Source: Dehalococcoidia bacterium (GTDB lineage Bacteria; Chloroflexota; Dehalococcoidia; Bin125). Taken from it: DNA of 64,000 nt. Each line of letters begins with the position of its first letter. Positions within the stretch are counted from its first letter, which is position 1. Below, in pieces: positions 9,078-18,878 of this stretch. The stretch spans positions 768,001 to 832,000 of the forward strand of contig CAXXSR010000001.1 of NCBI GenBank assembly GCA_963662615.2, read 5' to 3'. Under the pieces are notes generated by a model, which saw nothing but the letters and a program-made list of their open reading frames with translations, made no database searches and had not been told where the DNA came from. The position numbers were made by a program, and so were the translations under genes.

Positions 9078-11297
9078 TCACGGACCGCCCGCGGCCACCT
9101 GCTCCCAGGAGAGGACGGCCGTGCTGGGCGTCGTGTTGCGGATGAACAGGGCGTCGAGGCGGTCGGCGGACGTGAACGTGCTTAAGAAGCTGGGCTCGCC
9201 GCGCCGGAAGACGCCGTACGCCTGGATTGGCGCCTCATAGCGGAAGGCCGTATCCACCCCGGCCGGGAGCATCGCCAGCAGGTCGGTCACCGCCGTGCCG
9301 CCCTCGCCGCTGAAGCCCACGAAGTTGAACCCCGGGAGCAGCGCCACGCTCACCGGCCCAGCCGCCAGCGCGTCGTCCCAGCTCAGCGCGGCCACGGCGC
9401 CGGCCGGGAGCCGGACGAAGAGGACGTCGCGCTGGTTGACCGTGAGCAGCGTGTTCAGCCCCGGCACCACGACGGCGGGCCGGTGCACCACCCAGCTCTG
9501 CGTATCCGCATCGAAGCGGAAGATGGCGTCCGTGATCGACCCGACGGCCGTGGCCACGTCGTCAACGGGGGTGCCGTCGGCGCCGGGGAAGACCAGGGCG
9601 TTGAAGCCGCCGATCAGGGAGAAGGTCACCTGGCTCGGCCCGGTCACCGGCGGGGCAGGGTCGTTGGGGTCCAGCGGATCGGTGCCCTGGGCGACCTCCT
9701 CCCCGTCGCTGATGCCGTCGCCGTCGCTGTCAGGGTTGGTGGGGTCGGTGCCCAGCGCGGCCTCTTCCTCGTCGGAGAGGCCGTCGCCGTCCGTGTCGCC
9801 GACGAGATCGCTGCCATCGCAGTCCTGGTCGATGCCGTCATCGGGCACCTCGACCGCGCCGGGAAAGATGCTGGGGTCCGTGTCGTCGCAGTCGGGCGTG
9901 CCGCCGATGGCCTGGTCGGCGTCGATGCCGTCTCCGTCCACGTCAGTCAGGTCGCTGCCGTCGCAGTCCTGATCGATGCCGTCGTACGGCGTCTCCGATG
10001 CGCCGGGGAAGATCGTTGAGTTCGTATCGTCGCAGTCGCTACCACCGCTGGCGATGGAGTCGAAGCCGTCCCCGTCAGCGTCGACGCCGACAGGCCCCTG
10101 AAACTCGAAGGCGCCGATGTCGCTTTGGCCGACGCGGGGGAAACCGCGCTGATCGATTCCCAGTGCCGCAGTGTCGTCCCCCATATCGATCGCCGGGCTG
10201 CCCGGCAGCAGTGCGTGCGTCTGGGTCGGGCCGCCATTGTCCGTCAGCGGGCCCAGCAGCGGGTCAACGCCGGGGAGGTCGCCGCCCGCCAGCAGGTTGC
10301 ACGTCCCATCGCCGTCGATGTTGTTCCCCAACGAGGTGACAGCCCCATCGCAGTCGGCCGCGCTGTTCCCCGCGGTGATCGAGTTCTTCAGCGTAAGAGT
10401 GCTGTCCACGTGCACGATGCCGCCGCCGCTGTTAGCGGCCGTGTTTCCGCTCACCGTGACGTTCGTCAGCGTCGCCGTGCCGGTGTTGACGATGCCGCCG
10501 CCGCCCAAGGCCGCCGTGTTCCCACTCACCGTGCTGTTCGTCAGCGTCAGGGTGCCGCCGTTGAGGTTAACGATGCCGCCGCCGCTGCCGCCCGCCGTGT
10601 TGCCGCTGACGGTGCTGTTCGTCAGCGTCAGCGTGCCGTCGTTGAAGATGCCGCCGGCGTGGGCGCCCGTCGTGTTCCCACTCACCGTGCTGTTCGTGAG
10701 CGTCAGCGTGCCGCCGTTGAAGATGCCGCCGCCGAGGGTTGTGTCCCCGTTGGTGATTGTCACGCTGGAGAGTTCCAACGTGGCCGTATTGAGGACGTCA
10801 AAGACGCGGTCGAGCGCACCGCCATCGATGATCGTGCTCCCTGCCCCCGCCCCGGTGATCGTGAGGCCGCCAGATCCGACATCTAAGTCACCCGTTTCCG
10901 CTAGATTCTCGCCGGCGCCGGCGATCGTGAACCTGTAGGTGGCCGGGCCGAGCGTGATCGTGTCCGGGCCCGGGGAGGCGTTGGCCTCCATGATTGCCGC
11001 GCGCAGCGTGCAGGGTTCAATCGAAGGGCCCGGACCGAACTGCGCCCCGATCACCGGCGCGCCGGTCGAGCAGATTCCGTCTCCGGGATCGGCGTCGACA
11101 ATGTCGGCCGTGCTGTTGACCGTGAACGTCGCCTGCGCCTCGCCCCGCGTGGGGACGAGCGCAAGCATCACCGCCAGCGCGGCCGCCAGCGCCGCTATCA
11201 CCACGGCGGCCGAGGCCAACGCGAGGGGTGGACGGGCGCGCCGGCCCTCTTTGGCGGGCAGGAGGATTGCAGAGTGGTCGTGTACGTCGAATCGCAT
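9078..11297 (-). CDS. Secreted CSLREA-type beta-helix / choice-of-anchor Q protein with MopE-like metal-binding and TSP3-like Ca-binding repeats
   Basis: Signal peptide; FTVNSTAD...[11 protein letters not shown]; GGGI-x-N...[10 protein letters not shown] repeats; [24 protein letters not shown]; DCDDT...PGA.E...DGIDQDCDG; [12 protein letters not shown]. Confidence 0.85.
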   Translation of the reverse strand: MRFDVHDHSAILLPAKEGRRARPPLALASAAVVIAALAAALAVMLALVPTRGEAQATFTVNSTADIVDADPGDGICSTGAPVIGAQFGPGPSIEPCTLRAAIMEANASPGPDTITLGPATYRFTIAGAGENLAETGDLDVGSGGLTITGAGAGSTIIDGGALDRVFDVLNTATLELSSVTITNGDTTLGGGIFNGGTLTLTNSTVSGNTTGAHAGGIFNDGTLTLTNSTVSGNTAGGSGGGIVNLNGGTLTLTNSTVSGNTAALGGGGIVNTGTATLTNVTVSGNTAANSGGGIVHVDSTLTLKNSITAGNSAADCDGAVTSLGNNIDGDGTCNLLAGGDLPGVDPLLGPLTDNGGPTQTHALLPGSPAIDMGDDTAALGIDQRGFPRVGQSDIGAFEFQGPVGVDADGDGFDSIASGGSDCDDTNSTIFPGASETPYDGIDQDCDGSDLTDVDGDGIDADQAIGGTPDCDDTDPSIFPGAVEVPDDGIDQDCDGSDLVGDTDGDGLSDEEEAALGTDPTNPDSDGDGISDGEEVAQGTDPLDPNDPAPPVTGPSQVTFSLIGGFNALVFPGADGTPVDDVATAVGSITDAIFRFDADTQSWVVHRPAVVVPGLNTLLTVNQRDVLFVRLPAGAVAALSWDDALAAGPVSVALLPGFNFVGFSGEGGTAVTDLLAMLPAGVDTAFRYEAPIQAYGVFRRGEPSFLSTFTSADRLDALFIRNTTPSTAVLSWEQVAAGGP

Positions 11298-11453
11298 TTG
11301 GCTGATCCTCCCCCAACCGCCCGCATCGCTCCCAGCTGGCAGGCGGACGGAGGCTAGGCATCGGCGGGGTCGCGGTCAAGATGCCGCACGTCCGCAGACG
11401 AGGCGGCGACCGCGGCGGGAGGACCGCGCTGAGCCGTTGACGGTGGCAGCGCC

Positions 11454-11612
11454 GCGCCACGTCGAGGCCGCCTGGCGGCGCATCCGCGAGACCGCTGCCG
11501 CCCTTCCCGTCCCCTCCCAGCGCCGGACGGCGGAGTGATCCGGCGGCCGGCGCCCCGGGGCCAACGGCGTATACTTGACGACGCTGCCGTGACCCGTCAT
11601 CTCCCCTCCTGC
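11454..11612 (+). repeat. 159-bp direct repeat, copy 2 (orphan decarboxylase 3' end)
   Basis: Encodes RHVEAAWRRIRETAAALPVPSQRRTAE*; contains a TATACT -10 at 11570-11575. Confidence 0.95.
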
Positions 11613-11719
11613 AAAAGCGCCTTCTGCAAGAGCGCTGCGCGCGCGCGCTTCGCCCCGAGTCGATCCCTGCGCGAGCGCCTTCGCCGCGCCGCGCCGGCCG
11701 CCGCGAAAGCGGGCGCGCC

Positions 11720-12862
11720 GTGACCGGTGCCCTGACGCTGATCGGCGCCGGCGAACTCATGTCCGCAGGCAGCGGCCTCCATCGCGCCGCCCTGGCCCGC
11801 CTCGACGCCCCGCCCCGCCCCGTCTTCCTCGACACCACGGCCGGCTTTGAGACCAACGCCGACGCCATCGCCGAAAAGGCGGTGGAGTACTACGGCCGTC
11901 ACCTACAGGCGGAGCTGCGCGTCGCCCGCTACCAGCATGCAGAGCGGGCCGGTCCCGCCGCCGCCGCCACCGCCGTCGCCGCCATCCGCGACGCCAACGT
12001 CATCTTTGCCGGCCCCGGCAGCCCCACCTACCTCATTGACCAGCTCTGCGACTCGCCCGTGTGGAACGCCGTCCGCGAGCGCTTTCAGGCGGGCGCGCAT
12101 CTCATCTTCGCCAGCGCCGCCGCCATCGCCCTGGGACGCTATGCGCTCCCCATCTACGAGATTTTCAAGGTCGGCGCCGATCCGCACTGGGTCGACGGCC
12201 TCGATCTCCTCGGCCCGGAGGGACTCGCCCTGGCCATCGTCCCCCACTACAACGACGCCTCCGGCGGCCAGAATTACGACTCCCGCTTCTGCTACATGGG
12301 CGCCGCCCGCTTCGACGCGCTGCAAGCCGCGCTCCCCCCCCACGTCACGATCCTCGGCATCGACGCCTACACCGCTTGCACCATCGACCCCCGCGCGCAG
12401 ACCGCCGCCGTCTCCGGGCAGGGCGGCGTCACCGTGATCAGCGACGCCGCCCAGCGCCGCTATGAGTCCGGCGAAACGGTGCCCTTCTCCGCCCTGCGTT
12501 CGTCGGACCGCGCCCTCGCGCCCACCTTCGTGGAGGAAGAGCGCTTGGCCGGCTACGAATTCGCCGACGAGCCCGGCTCCGGGCCCACCGTTGAGACCGT
12601 CGACGCCTACGTCCGCAGCCTCACCACCCTCACCGAGGCGGAGGAAGTGGAACTCATGGCGCGGGTGCGGGCGCTCACGGACCGCCTCGGCTCAGGGCCC
12701 GCGCCGCAGGAGGACGCGCTCATGGACCTCGTCATGGAACTGCGCGATGCGTTCCGCAACATGAAGCGCTACGACTTGGCTGACCACGTCCGCGATGCCC
12801 TCACCGCGCTCGGCTTCGTGGTTGCGGATGGGCCGGAGGGATCGTCATGGAAGCGTCCCTAG
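11720..12862 (+). CDS. Peptidase S51/cyanophycinase-like (class I GATase fold) protein fused to a CysRS C-terminal-like domain
   Basis: LIGAGE, FAGPGSPTY, FASAAA (nucleophile elbow), IVPHYN; C-terminal LMDLVMELRDAFRNMKRYDLADHVRDALTALGFVVADGPEGSSW. Confidence 0.75.
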   Translation: MTGALTLIGAGELMSAGSGLHRAALARLDAPPRPVFLDTTAGFETNADAIAEKAVEYYGRHLQAELRVARYQHAERAGPAAAATAVAAIRDANVIFAGPGSPTYLIDQLCDSPVWNAVRERFQAGAHLIFASAAAIALGRYALPIYEIFKVGADPHWVDGLDLLGPEGLALAIVPHYNDASGGQNYDSRFCYMGAARFDALQAALPPHVTILGIDAYTACTIDPRAQTAAVSGQGGVTVISDAAQRRYESGETVPFSALRSSDRALAPTFVEEERLAGYEFADEPGSGPTVETVDAYVRSLTTLTEAEEVELMARVRALTDRLGSGPAPQEDALMDLVMELRDAFRNMKRYDLADHVRDALTALGFVVADGPEGSSWKRP

Positions 12863-13710
12863 CGCCGCGGGAGCGGCGGCTGACGTTGCCTGACGTGCGC
12901 CTGCATGTGCGCGAATGGGACGCTGAGGGGCGCCCCTTCCTCCTCGTCCACGGCCTCGCCTCCAACGCTCGCACTTGGGACGACGTGGCGCGACGGCTCA
13001 ACGCCGCCGGCCATCGCGTGGTGGCGTTGGACCAGCGCGGGCACGGCCGCAGCGACAAACCTCCCAGCGGCTACGGCTTCGACCAGGTCGCCGCCGATCT
13101 CCACAACCTCGCGCAGGCGCTCGACATGCCCCGCCCCTTTCTCGTGGGGCAGTCCTGGGGCGGGAACGTCGTCCTGGACTTCGCCCGCCGCTACCCCCAG
13201 GCGACATCCGGCCTCGTCCTCGTCGACGGCGGCTTCCTCGAACTGGCCGCGCGCCCCGGCGCCACCTGGGAGGACACGGAGCGCGAGCTGCGCCCCCCTC
13301 CCCTCGCGGGCACGCCGCGACGCGCGATGGCGGAGCGCATCCGCGCCGCCTACCCGGATTGGTCGGCCGTGGGGATTGAAGGCACGCTGGGTAACTTTGA
13401 AACGATGCCGGACGGCACGGTGCGCCCCTGGCTCACGCTGGAGCGCCACATGGAGATCCTGCGCGCCCTCTGGGATCACCGGCCCTCCACTATCTATTCC
13501 CAGGTAACGGCGCCGGTCCTGATCGCTGTCGCCGGCGCCCCCTCGGACAAAGCCTGGGACAAGCGGCAGCCCGTCGCCGCTGCCGAGGCCGGCATCCCGC
13601 AGGTGCGCGTGCAGTGGTTCGAAGAGAGCGCCCACGACCTGCACGTCCACCGACCTGCGGAACTCACCACCTTCATTTTCCAAGCGTTCGCGGACGGCTT
13701 CTTCTCCTAG
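12847..13710 (+). CDS. Alpha/beta fold hydrolase
   Basis: LVHGLAS, DQRGHGRS, GQSWGG nucleophile, C-terminal His (SAHDLH). Confidence 0.9.
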   Translation: MEASLAPRERRLTLPDVRLHVREWDAEGRPFLLVHGLASNARTWDDVARRLNAAGHRVVALDQRGHGRSDKPPSGYGFDQVAADLHNLAQALDMPRPFLVGQSWGGNVVLDFARRYPQATSGLVLVDGGFLELAARPGATWEDTERELRPPPLAGTPRRAMAERIRAAYPDWSAVGIEGTLGNFETMPDGTVRPWLTLERHMEILRALWDHRPSTIYSQVTAPVLIAVAGAPSDKAWDKRQPVAAAEAGIPQVRVQWFEESAHDLHVHRPAELTTFIFQAFADGFFS

Positions 13711-13830
13711 ACCGGCTTTCCCGTAGCGCGCGCTACGACCCGCGCCCCCGTTCGTCAATCCAATGCCTCCTCGCGCCAAGCCTAGGCAATGTGACACGAT
13801 GGTTTCCCCAGCGACGGAGCGGGAGGCACC

Positions 13831-14094
13831 GTGAGCACGCGCGATTGGCCCTCCGTGGCCATGTACACCACGTCCCGCTGCTCCGACTGTCAGCGCAGCA
13901 AGGCGCTCCTCGACCGCCTCGGCGTCCCCTTCGATGAGATCGATATCAGGACGAACGCGGACGCCATGGCGACGGTGCGGCGCCTCAACGGGGGCCAAGA
14001 CATCGTGCCCACGATCGTCGTCGCTGGCGCCACCGTCCTCGTCGAGCCCAGCGATGCCGAACTCGCCCGCGCCTTGGGCGTCGCGCTCCCCTAG
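13831..14094 (+). CDS. Glutaredoxin-like (mycoredoxin/NrdH-type) protein
   Basis: MYTTSRCSDCQRSK, NGGQDIVPTI, LVEPS; RBS GGGAGG. Confidence 0.85.
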   Translation: MSTRDWPSVAMYTTSRCSDCQRSKALLDRLGVPFDEIDIRTNADAMATVRRLNGGQDIVPTIVVAGATVLVEPSDAELARALGVALP

Positions 14095-15482
14095 CCGCCG
14101 GTCTCACCCGCCGCCCGCTGCCCCAGCCACTCTTCAATCGCGGCTGCCGTTGAGCGGGCGGCCTCCGCCTGCTCCTCCGCCAGTTGCCGGCACAGGCCGG
14201 TGTAGCGTTCCGCATCCAGGAGCGACTCCAGCTGCGTCGGCGTGAGCTGCTCGCGCACGGCCGGGTCGGCCTCCAGCAGCTCGCGGAACGAGCCTCCGTC
14301 GGTCGCCGCCGACTGCGCCGCCTCGTACACCACGTCGTGGGCGCGCTGCCGGCCCATGCGCTCGCCCAGCTCCAGCATCACCGCCTCCACCATGATCGTC
14401 CCGCCCGACAGCTCCAGATTCCGCCGCATCCGTTCGGGGAAGACGGCCAGCCCCTCCATGAGCACGATCAGCCGTTCCAGGATGTCCCCCGTCAGCGAGC
14501 AGGCGCGCTCCACGGCGTGACTCATCATGACGCTCGTCGTCCGATCCGCTTCGTGCTCGGTCTGCATCGCTTCCAGCGCCAGCGGCGCCAGCGCCCGCAC
14601 CTCCGCCGCTGCCGCCATGATGTCCTGCGACAGTTTCGGGTTCCGCTTCTGCGGCATCGTGCTGCTGCCCACCGTCCCCGGCGGCAGCGGCTCCTCCACC
14701 TCGCCGAACTCCTGCTTCATCAACGTGTAGGTCTCGTGCGCCATCTTCGACGCGGTCGCCGCCAGCATTGCGAGGAGCAAGACGTACTCCGCCTGATGGT
14801 CGCCCAGCGTCCGCGCCGGTACGGGCATGGGCCGCAGCCCCAGGCGCGCCGCCAGCCGCTCCTGCACCGCCAGCCCCTGCGCCCCGAATGAGGCCACCGT
14901 CCCCGCTGCGCCGCCCAGCATCGCCACGAAAACGCGCGGCTCGCTCGCCCGCAGCCGTTCCACGTGCCGACGCAACTCGTCGATCCACACCGCCACCTTG
15001 AAGCCGAACGTCGCCGGCACCGCGTGCTGCCCGTGCGTCCGGCCCGGCAACACCGCCGCGCTCGTCCGATCGGCCAGCGACGCCAACGCCCGCAGCACCG
15101 CCGCCAGCTGCCCCAAAAAGATGGCGTGCGCCCGTCGCAGCAGCAGGACCCGCCCCGTCTCGGTGATGTTTTGGGTCGTCGCGCCCCAGTGCACGTAGCC
15201 ACCCGCGTCACCCTCGCAGATGCGATCCAGCTCCCAGATCATTGGGACCAGTGGGTGGCCGGTGCGGCCCAACCCCTCGTCGATCCGCTCCCGATCCAAC
15301 AACGACAGTTGCGCCTTCGACGCGATCTCCGCGGCGGCCCCGGCCGGAATCATGCCCAGCTCCGCCTCCGCGAGCGCCAGCGCCGCCTCCACGTCCAGCC
15401 ACGCCTGCCACTGCGACTCCTGCTCGAACAGCGCGCGCACGCCGGGATCGCGCACGCGCCAAGCCGTGGGCTGGTCCTGCAT
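14091..15482 (-). CDS. Adenylosuccinate lyase / 3-carboxy-cis,cis-muconate cycloisomerase family lyase
   Basis: HWGATTQ, GRTHGQHAVP, GSSTMPQKRNP fumarase/ASL-family signature. Confidence 0.85.
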   Translation of the reverse strand: MQDQPTAWRVRDPGVRALFEQESQWQAWLDVEAALALAEAELGMIPAGAAAEIASKAQLSLLDRERIDEGLGRTGHPLVPMIWELDRICEGDAGGYVHWGATTQNITETGRVLLLRRAHAIFLGQLAAVLRALASLADRTSAAVLPGRTHGQHAVPATFGFKVAVWIDELRRHVERLRASEPRVFVAMLGGAAGTVASFGAQGLAVQERLAARLGLRPMPVPARTLGDHQAEYVLLLAMLAATASKMAHETYTLMKQEFGEVEEPLPPGTVGSSTMPQKRNPKLSQDIMAAAAEVRALAPLALEAMQTEHEADRTTSVMMSHAVERACSLTGDILERLIVLMEGLAVFPERMRRNLELSGGTIMVEAVMLELGERMGRQRAHDVVYEAAQSAATDGGSFRELLEADPAVREQLTPTQLESLLDAERYTGLCRQLAEEQAEAARSTAAAIEEWLGQRAAGETGG

Positions 15483-15535
15483 CCCCGTCTCCTCAACTCT
15501 CGCCCGCCGCTGTCTCCGGGAAGGGCCGACGCAGT

Positions 15536-15631
15536 CTGCGCCACTGCCCGGGCCACTGCCTGGGCCACAGCCTGCGCCACAGCCTGCGCCACAGCCTGCG
15601 CCACAGCCTGCGCCACTGCCTGGGCCACAGC
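15536..15631. repeat. Intergenic 12-bp tandem repeat x8 (CYGSGCCACWGC)
   Basis: Eight consecutive units directly visible. Confidence 0.95.
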
Positions 15632-15632
15632 C

Positions 15633-16025
15633 TCACATCGACCAGCGCTCCACGTCGAAGCCCTCGGCCGGCGGCGCGAAGAGGAGGCGCACCGGACCTT
15701 CAATGATGCGCGTGATGTGTCCGTTGCCCGTCACGTCATTCGCCACATAGACCTCACCCGGGCCCCAGCGTCGCCTCTCGCCGTCGCTGGTTTCCACCTC
15801 CATGACTCCGCTCAGCATCGCGATCACCAGGAGCCCCGGCGCGTTGTGCCGCGGCTCCACGTAGACCGCCGGCAGCTCCAAGAACGCCACGCCGGGCGAG
15901 GGATACTCCTGCGAGCGCAGGATGGTGCCGCCCGCCGCGTCCTGCACCTTATCGGTAATCGGGATCTCCACCTCATCGAAATGGGACTCACCGTCGCTCC
16001 AGGCGTAGAAGCGTGTCACCTTCAC
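15633..16025 (-). CDS. Small cupin-like protein
   Basis: GTG start after GGAGGAG; MKVTRFYAWSDGESHFDEVEI...HNAP...EVETSDGERRRWGPGEV...DVTGNGH. Confidence 0.75.
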   Translation of the reverse strand: MKVTRFYAWSDGESHFDEVEIPITDKVQDAAGGTILRSQEYPSPGVAFLELPAVYVEPRHNAPGLLVIAMLSGVMEVETSDGERRRWGPGEVYVANDVTGNGHITRIIEGPVRLLFAPPAEGFDVERWSM

Positions 16026-16198
16026 AGCGCTCTCCTCCCCAGCAACGCCGATCCCCAGCGACGGCGGCAGGCGCCATCCTAGCAGCGCGCCCCCGCCCTT
16101 GCCGGGCGTCGACCGTTCCCATGTCACCGCCGGGGATTCGTGAACGCGCCGACGCTGCCGGCGCTGCCGACCCTGCCTACGCTGCCGCAGTCGGCCGC

Positions 16199-17041
16199 CT
16201 ACGCGGTCGCCGCCCAGGGCACAAGCGGCCGCGCTGCCTCGTCGGGCATCTCCACGCCGGTCGCCGCCGGGAGATAGACGCGCACCGTGGTGCCTTGCTG
16301 GGGGGCGCTCTCCACCGTCACCGTTCCCTCGTGCTCCCGCACGATGCCGTACACCAAGGTTGCGCCCAGCCCGGTCCCGCGCTCCGGCTTGGTCGAGAAA
16401 AAAGGATCGAAGATGCGGGCCACCGTGGCCTCGTCCATGCCGCAGCCGCCGTCCTCCACTTCCACGACCACGTAGCCGTTCGCGCGCTCCGCGAGCGCCG
16501 GCGACGGCGGCGCCTCTGCCGCCCGTCGCACCCGCACCGTCAGCGTGCCGATCTCTGCCATCGCGTCGCGCGCGTTCAGCACGAGATTCAGCAAGACCTG
16601 CCGCAGCGCCGACGCGTTGCCGATCACGCAGAGACCGGAGGCCACTTCCTTCCGCAGGGTGATGCGGCTGCTCACACTGCTCTCCAGGAGGCCGAAGACC
16701 TCGGCCACCGGTGGCGCCAGCTCCAGCGGCCCACGCGCGCCGCTCTCAGTCCGGCTCACCTCCAGGAGCCGTTGTGCCAGCGCGGCGGCGCCGGCCACCG
16801 CCTCCGCCGCTCGATCGATCGCGTTCTCTGCCGCCGGCCCCTCGTTCCCTCTCGCCACGGCCAAACAGGCGCTCACAATGGTGAGGTAATTCTTGAAATC
16901 GTGCGCCACCCCGGCGCTGAACTCGCCCACGGCCTCGACCCGCTGCGTCTTCTCCGGCCACCGCGCCGGCGCCGCCACGCGCTCCTCCGGCTGCGCCTTT
17001 TCGTCTGCCCCACGGTCCGGTTCGGACGACCAACGAGCCAT
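16199..17041 (-). CDS. Histidine kinase (HisKA + HATPase_c) lacking a sensor domain
   Basis: AGVAHDFKNYL H-box, QVLLNLVLNARDAM, DGGCGM, FDPFFSTK, GTGLG. Confidence 0.9.
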   Translation of the reverse strand: MARWSSEPDRGADEKAQPEERVAAPARWPEKTQRVEAVGEFSAGVAHDFKNYLTIVSACLAVARGNEGPAAENAIDRAAEAVAGAAALAQRLLEVSRTESGARGPLELAPPVAEVFGLLESSVSSRITLRKEVASGLCVIGNASALRQVLLNLVLNARDAMAEIGTLTVRVRRAAEAPPSPALAERANGYVVVEVEDGGCGMDEATVARIFDPFFSTKPERGTGLGATLVYGIVREHEGTVTVESAPQQGTTVRVYLPAATGVEMPDEAARPLVPWAATA

Positions 17042-17339
17042 CGCTCTCCCCTCCCGGGCGCCGTGGCCTCTCGCCCCGGTATGCCCCCAAGACCGTTAAC
17101 ACTAGAGAGCCGCGCGGCGACGGCAAGTGGAGGGGGTGTGGAGTGGGTGTGGAGTGATCGATCCGTGAGCGCTCGGCCCGCGCAACTGGGATGGCTGCTT
17201 GGAGCCGCACGACGGCGACTTCGATTCGGCCCTCGCCGCATGGAAGCGCCGCTCGGCGGCTCTCCCGGGACGGTGCTGTGGTTCGGTCTCCCGGTGCGCC
17301 CGCGCGCTTCGGCCCGCACCGCATCGTGTCGGGCGCGCG

Positions 17340-18407
17340 TCAGACCAAACTACCGTCGCAGCTCGATCCCGCGCCCGCCGTACAGCCGTAGCAGTGCGGC
17401 CCCACCACGATCCGGCGACGCGCCAACGCCGTCGCGTCGAACTCCCCGATCGTGCGCGGCGCTCCCGCCTCGCAGCCGATCTCCAACATCTGGTTGAAGT
17501 CGCAGTCATAGAGGCGGCCGTCCCAGCCCACGGACAGCGTCGACCGGCACATCACGTTCGCTACCGTCGACGGGTTGAACGACCGTGCCAGCAGGTGCAC
17601 GTACTCCTCCAAGCTGCCGCGATCGACCAGAAACTCCAAGAACCGCCCAATCGGCATGTTCGTCAGCGTGTAGAGGTGGTTGAACCGAATCCCGTAACGG
17701 CGCCCCAGCTCGCCCCGCCAGTCCCGCTCCAGCGATTCCTGATTCCCGGGCAGGTAGGCGCCCACCGGATTCAGCATCAGGTGCAGGGCCAGCCCGCTCC
17801 CGGCGATGCCGTAGCCCAGGTCGTTGAGGAGCCGCAGCGCCGTGATGCTGCTCTCGAACGCGCCGGCGCCGCGTTGCGCGTCCGTCTGCTTCGCCAGGTA
17901 GTAGGGCAGCGACGCGATGATCTCCACTCCCTGCGCGGCCAGAAACGCCGGCAGGTCGGCGTTGCCGGCCACCAGCAGCGCCGTCAGATTCGCCCGCTCA
18001 ATCGTGTGCCGCCCCAGCCGCTGCGCCTCCACCACAATGTCGCGAAAGCGCGGATGCAGCTCCGGCGCCCCGCCGGTGATGTCCACCGTGGGGATGGTGG
18101 TCGCGGCCAGCGTCGCCAGGCACGCGTCCACGACCTCGGATGGCATCACCTCGGCGCGGTCCGGACCCGCGTCCACGTGGCAGTGGCGGCACGTCTGGTT
18201 GCAGAACTTCCCCAGGTTGATCTGCAGGACCTCGATGCCCGTTGCCCGCATGGGCGCGTCGCCGTTCGCCGTCACCGCCTCCCCGAACGCCCTTGGCAGT
18301 GCAATGTCGGCAAGCGCCCGCCGCTGCGCGGCCGGGTCGGCCAACGGATGGCCGCGTTGCCGCAGCGACCCCGTTGCCGATGGTTGCGCGTCTGTTCGTG
18401 CCGTCAT
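17340..18407 (-). CDS. arsS: Arsenosugar-biosynthesis-type radical SAM protein ArsS (rSAM/Cys-rich, DUF3641)
   Basis: LQINLGKFCNQTCRHCHVDAGP, DITGGAPELHP, MCRSTLSVGWDGRLYDCDFNQML, C-terminal HCYGCTAGAGSSC. Confidence 0.85.
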   Translation of the reverse strand: MTARTDAQPSATGSLRQRGHPLADPAAQRRALADIALPRAFGEAVTANGDAPMRATGIEVLQINLGKFCNQTCRHCHVDAGPDRAEVMPSEVVDACLATLAATTIPTVDITGGAPELHPRFRDIVVEAQRLGRHTIERANLTALLVAGNADLPAFLAAQGVEIIASLPYYLAKQTDAQRGAGAFESSITALRLLNDLGYGIAGSGLALHLMLNPVGAYLPGNQESLERDWRGELGRRYGIRFNHLYTLTNMPIGRFLEFLVDRGSLEEYVHLLARSFNPSTVANVMCRSTLSVGWDGRLYDCDFNQMLEIGCEAGAPRTIGEFDATALARRRIVVGPHCYGCTAGAGSSCDGSLV

Positions 18408-18409
18408 GA

Positions 18410-18745
18410 CTACATGGACATCCTCTCCACGTGCTCGCGCATTTGCACCCCGTGCACCAGCGTCGAGCCGCCGGTAATGGCCGCGGCCACGTGGATCGCC
18501 TCCGTCATCTGCTCAAGGTTCGATCCGGCCTCCAACGACGAGCGGCTGTGCGCCTCAATGCAGTAGGGACACTGCACCGCGTGGGCCACGGCCAGCGCGA
18601 TCAGCGCCTTCTCCCGGCTGCTCAGCGCCCCTTCCGCAAGCGCGGCGCTGTACCAGTCCTGGAACTTCTCCCACAGCGCCGGCGCTTCCTCTCCCACGCG
18701 GTCGAAGTTCTCCAGGCCCTCCCGATGGTAGTAGTGCTCCCCCAT
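18410..18745 (-). CDS. ArsS-associated peroxidase-like (AhpD/CMD) protein
   Basis: GALSSREKALIALAVAHAVQCPYCI...GGSTLVHGVQM; lies 2 bp upstream of arsS. Confidence 0.85.
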   Translation of the reverse strand: MGEHYYHREGLENFDRVGEEAPALWEKFQDWYSAALAEGALSSREKALIALAVAHAVQCPYCIEAHSRSSLEAGSNLEQMTEAIHVAAAITGGSTLVHGVQMREHVERMSM

Positions 18746-18878
18746 TCCTCCCCCCTCTCTGGACCCACGGCGGCGCGCTCTCCCGCCCTACGACGGTCCC
18801 GCACCCGCGGATCTGTGCCCGCCATCAACTTGGGCGATGCTCGGCGCAGCGATCTCATAGACTTGATCAAGAAGGCGA

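Noticed and set aside
15536-15631. CRISPR array
   Set aside because: Contiguous 12-bp units with no unique spacers and no cas genes.
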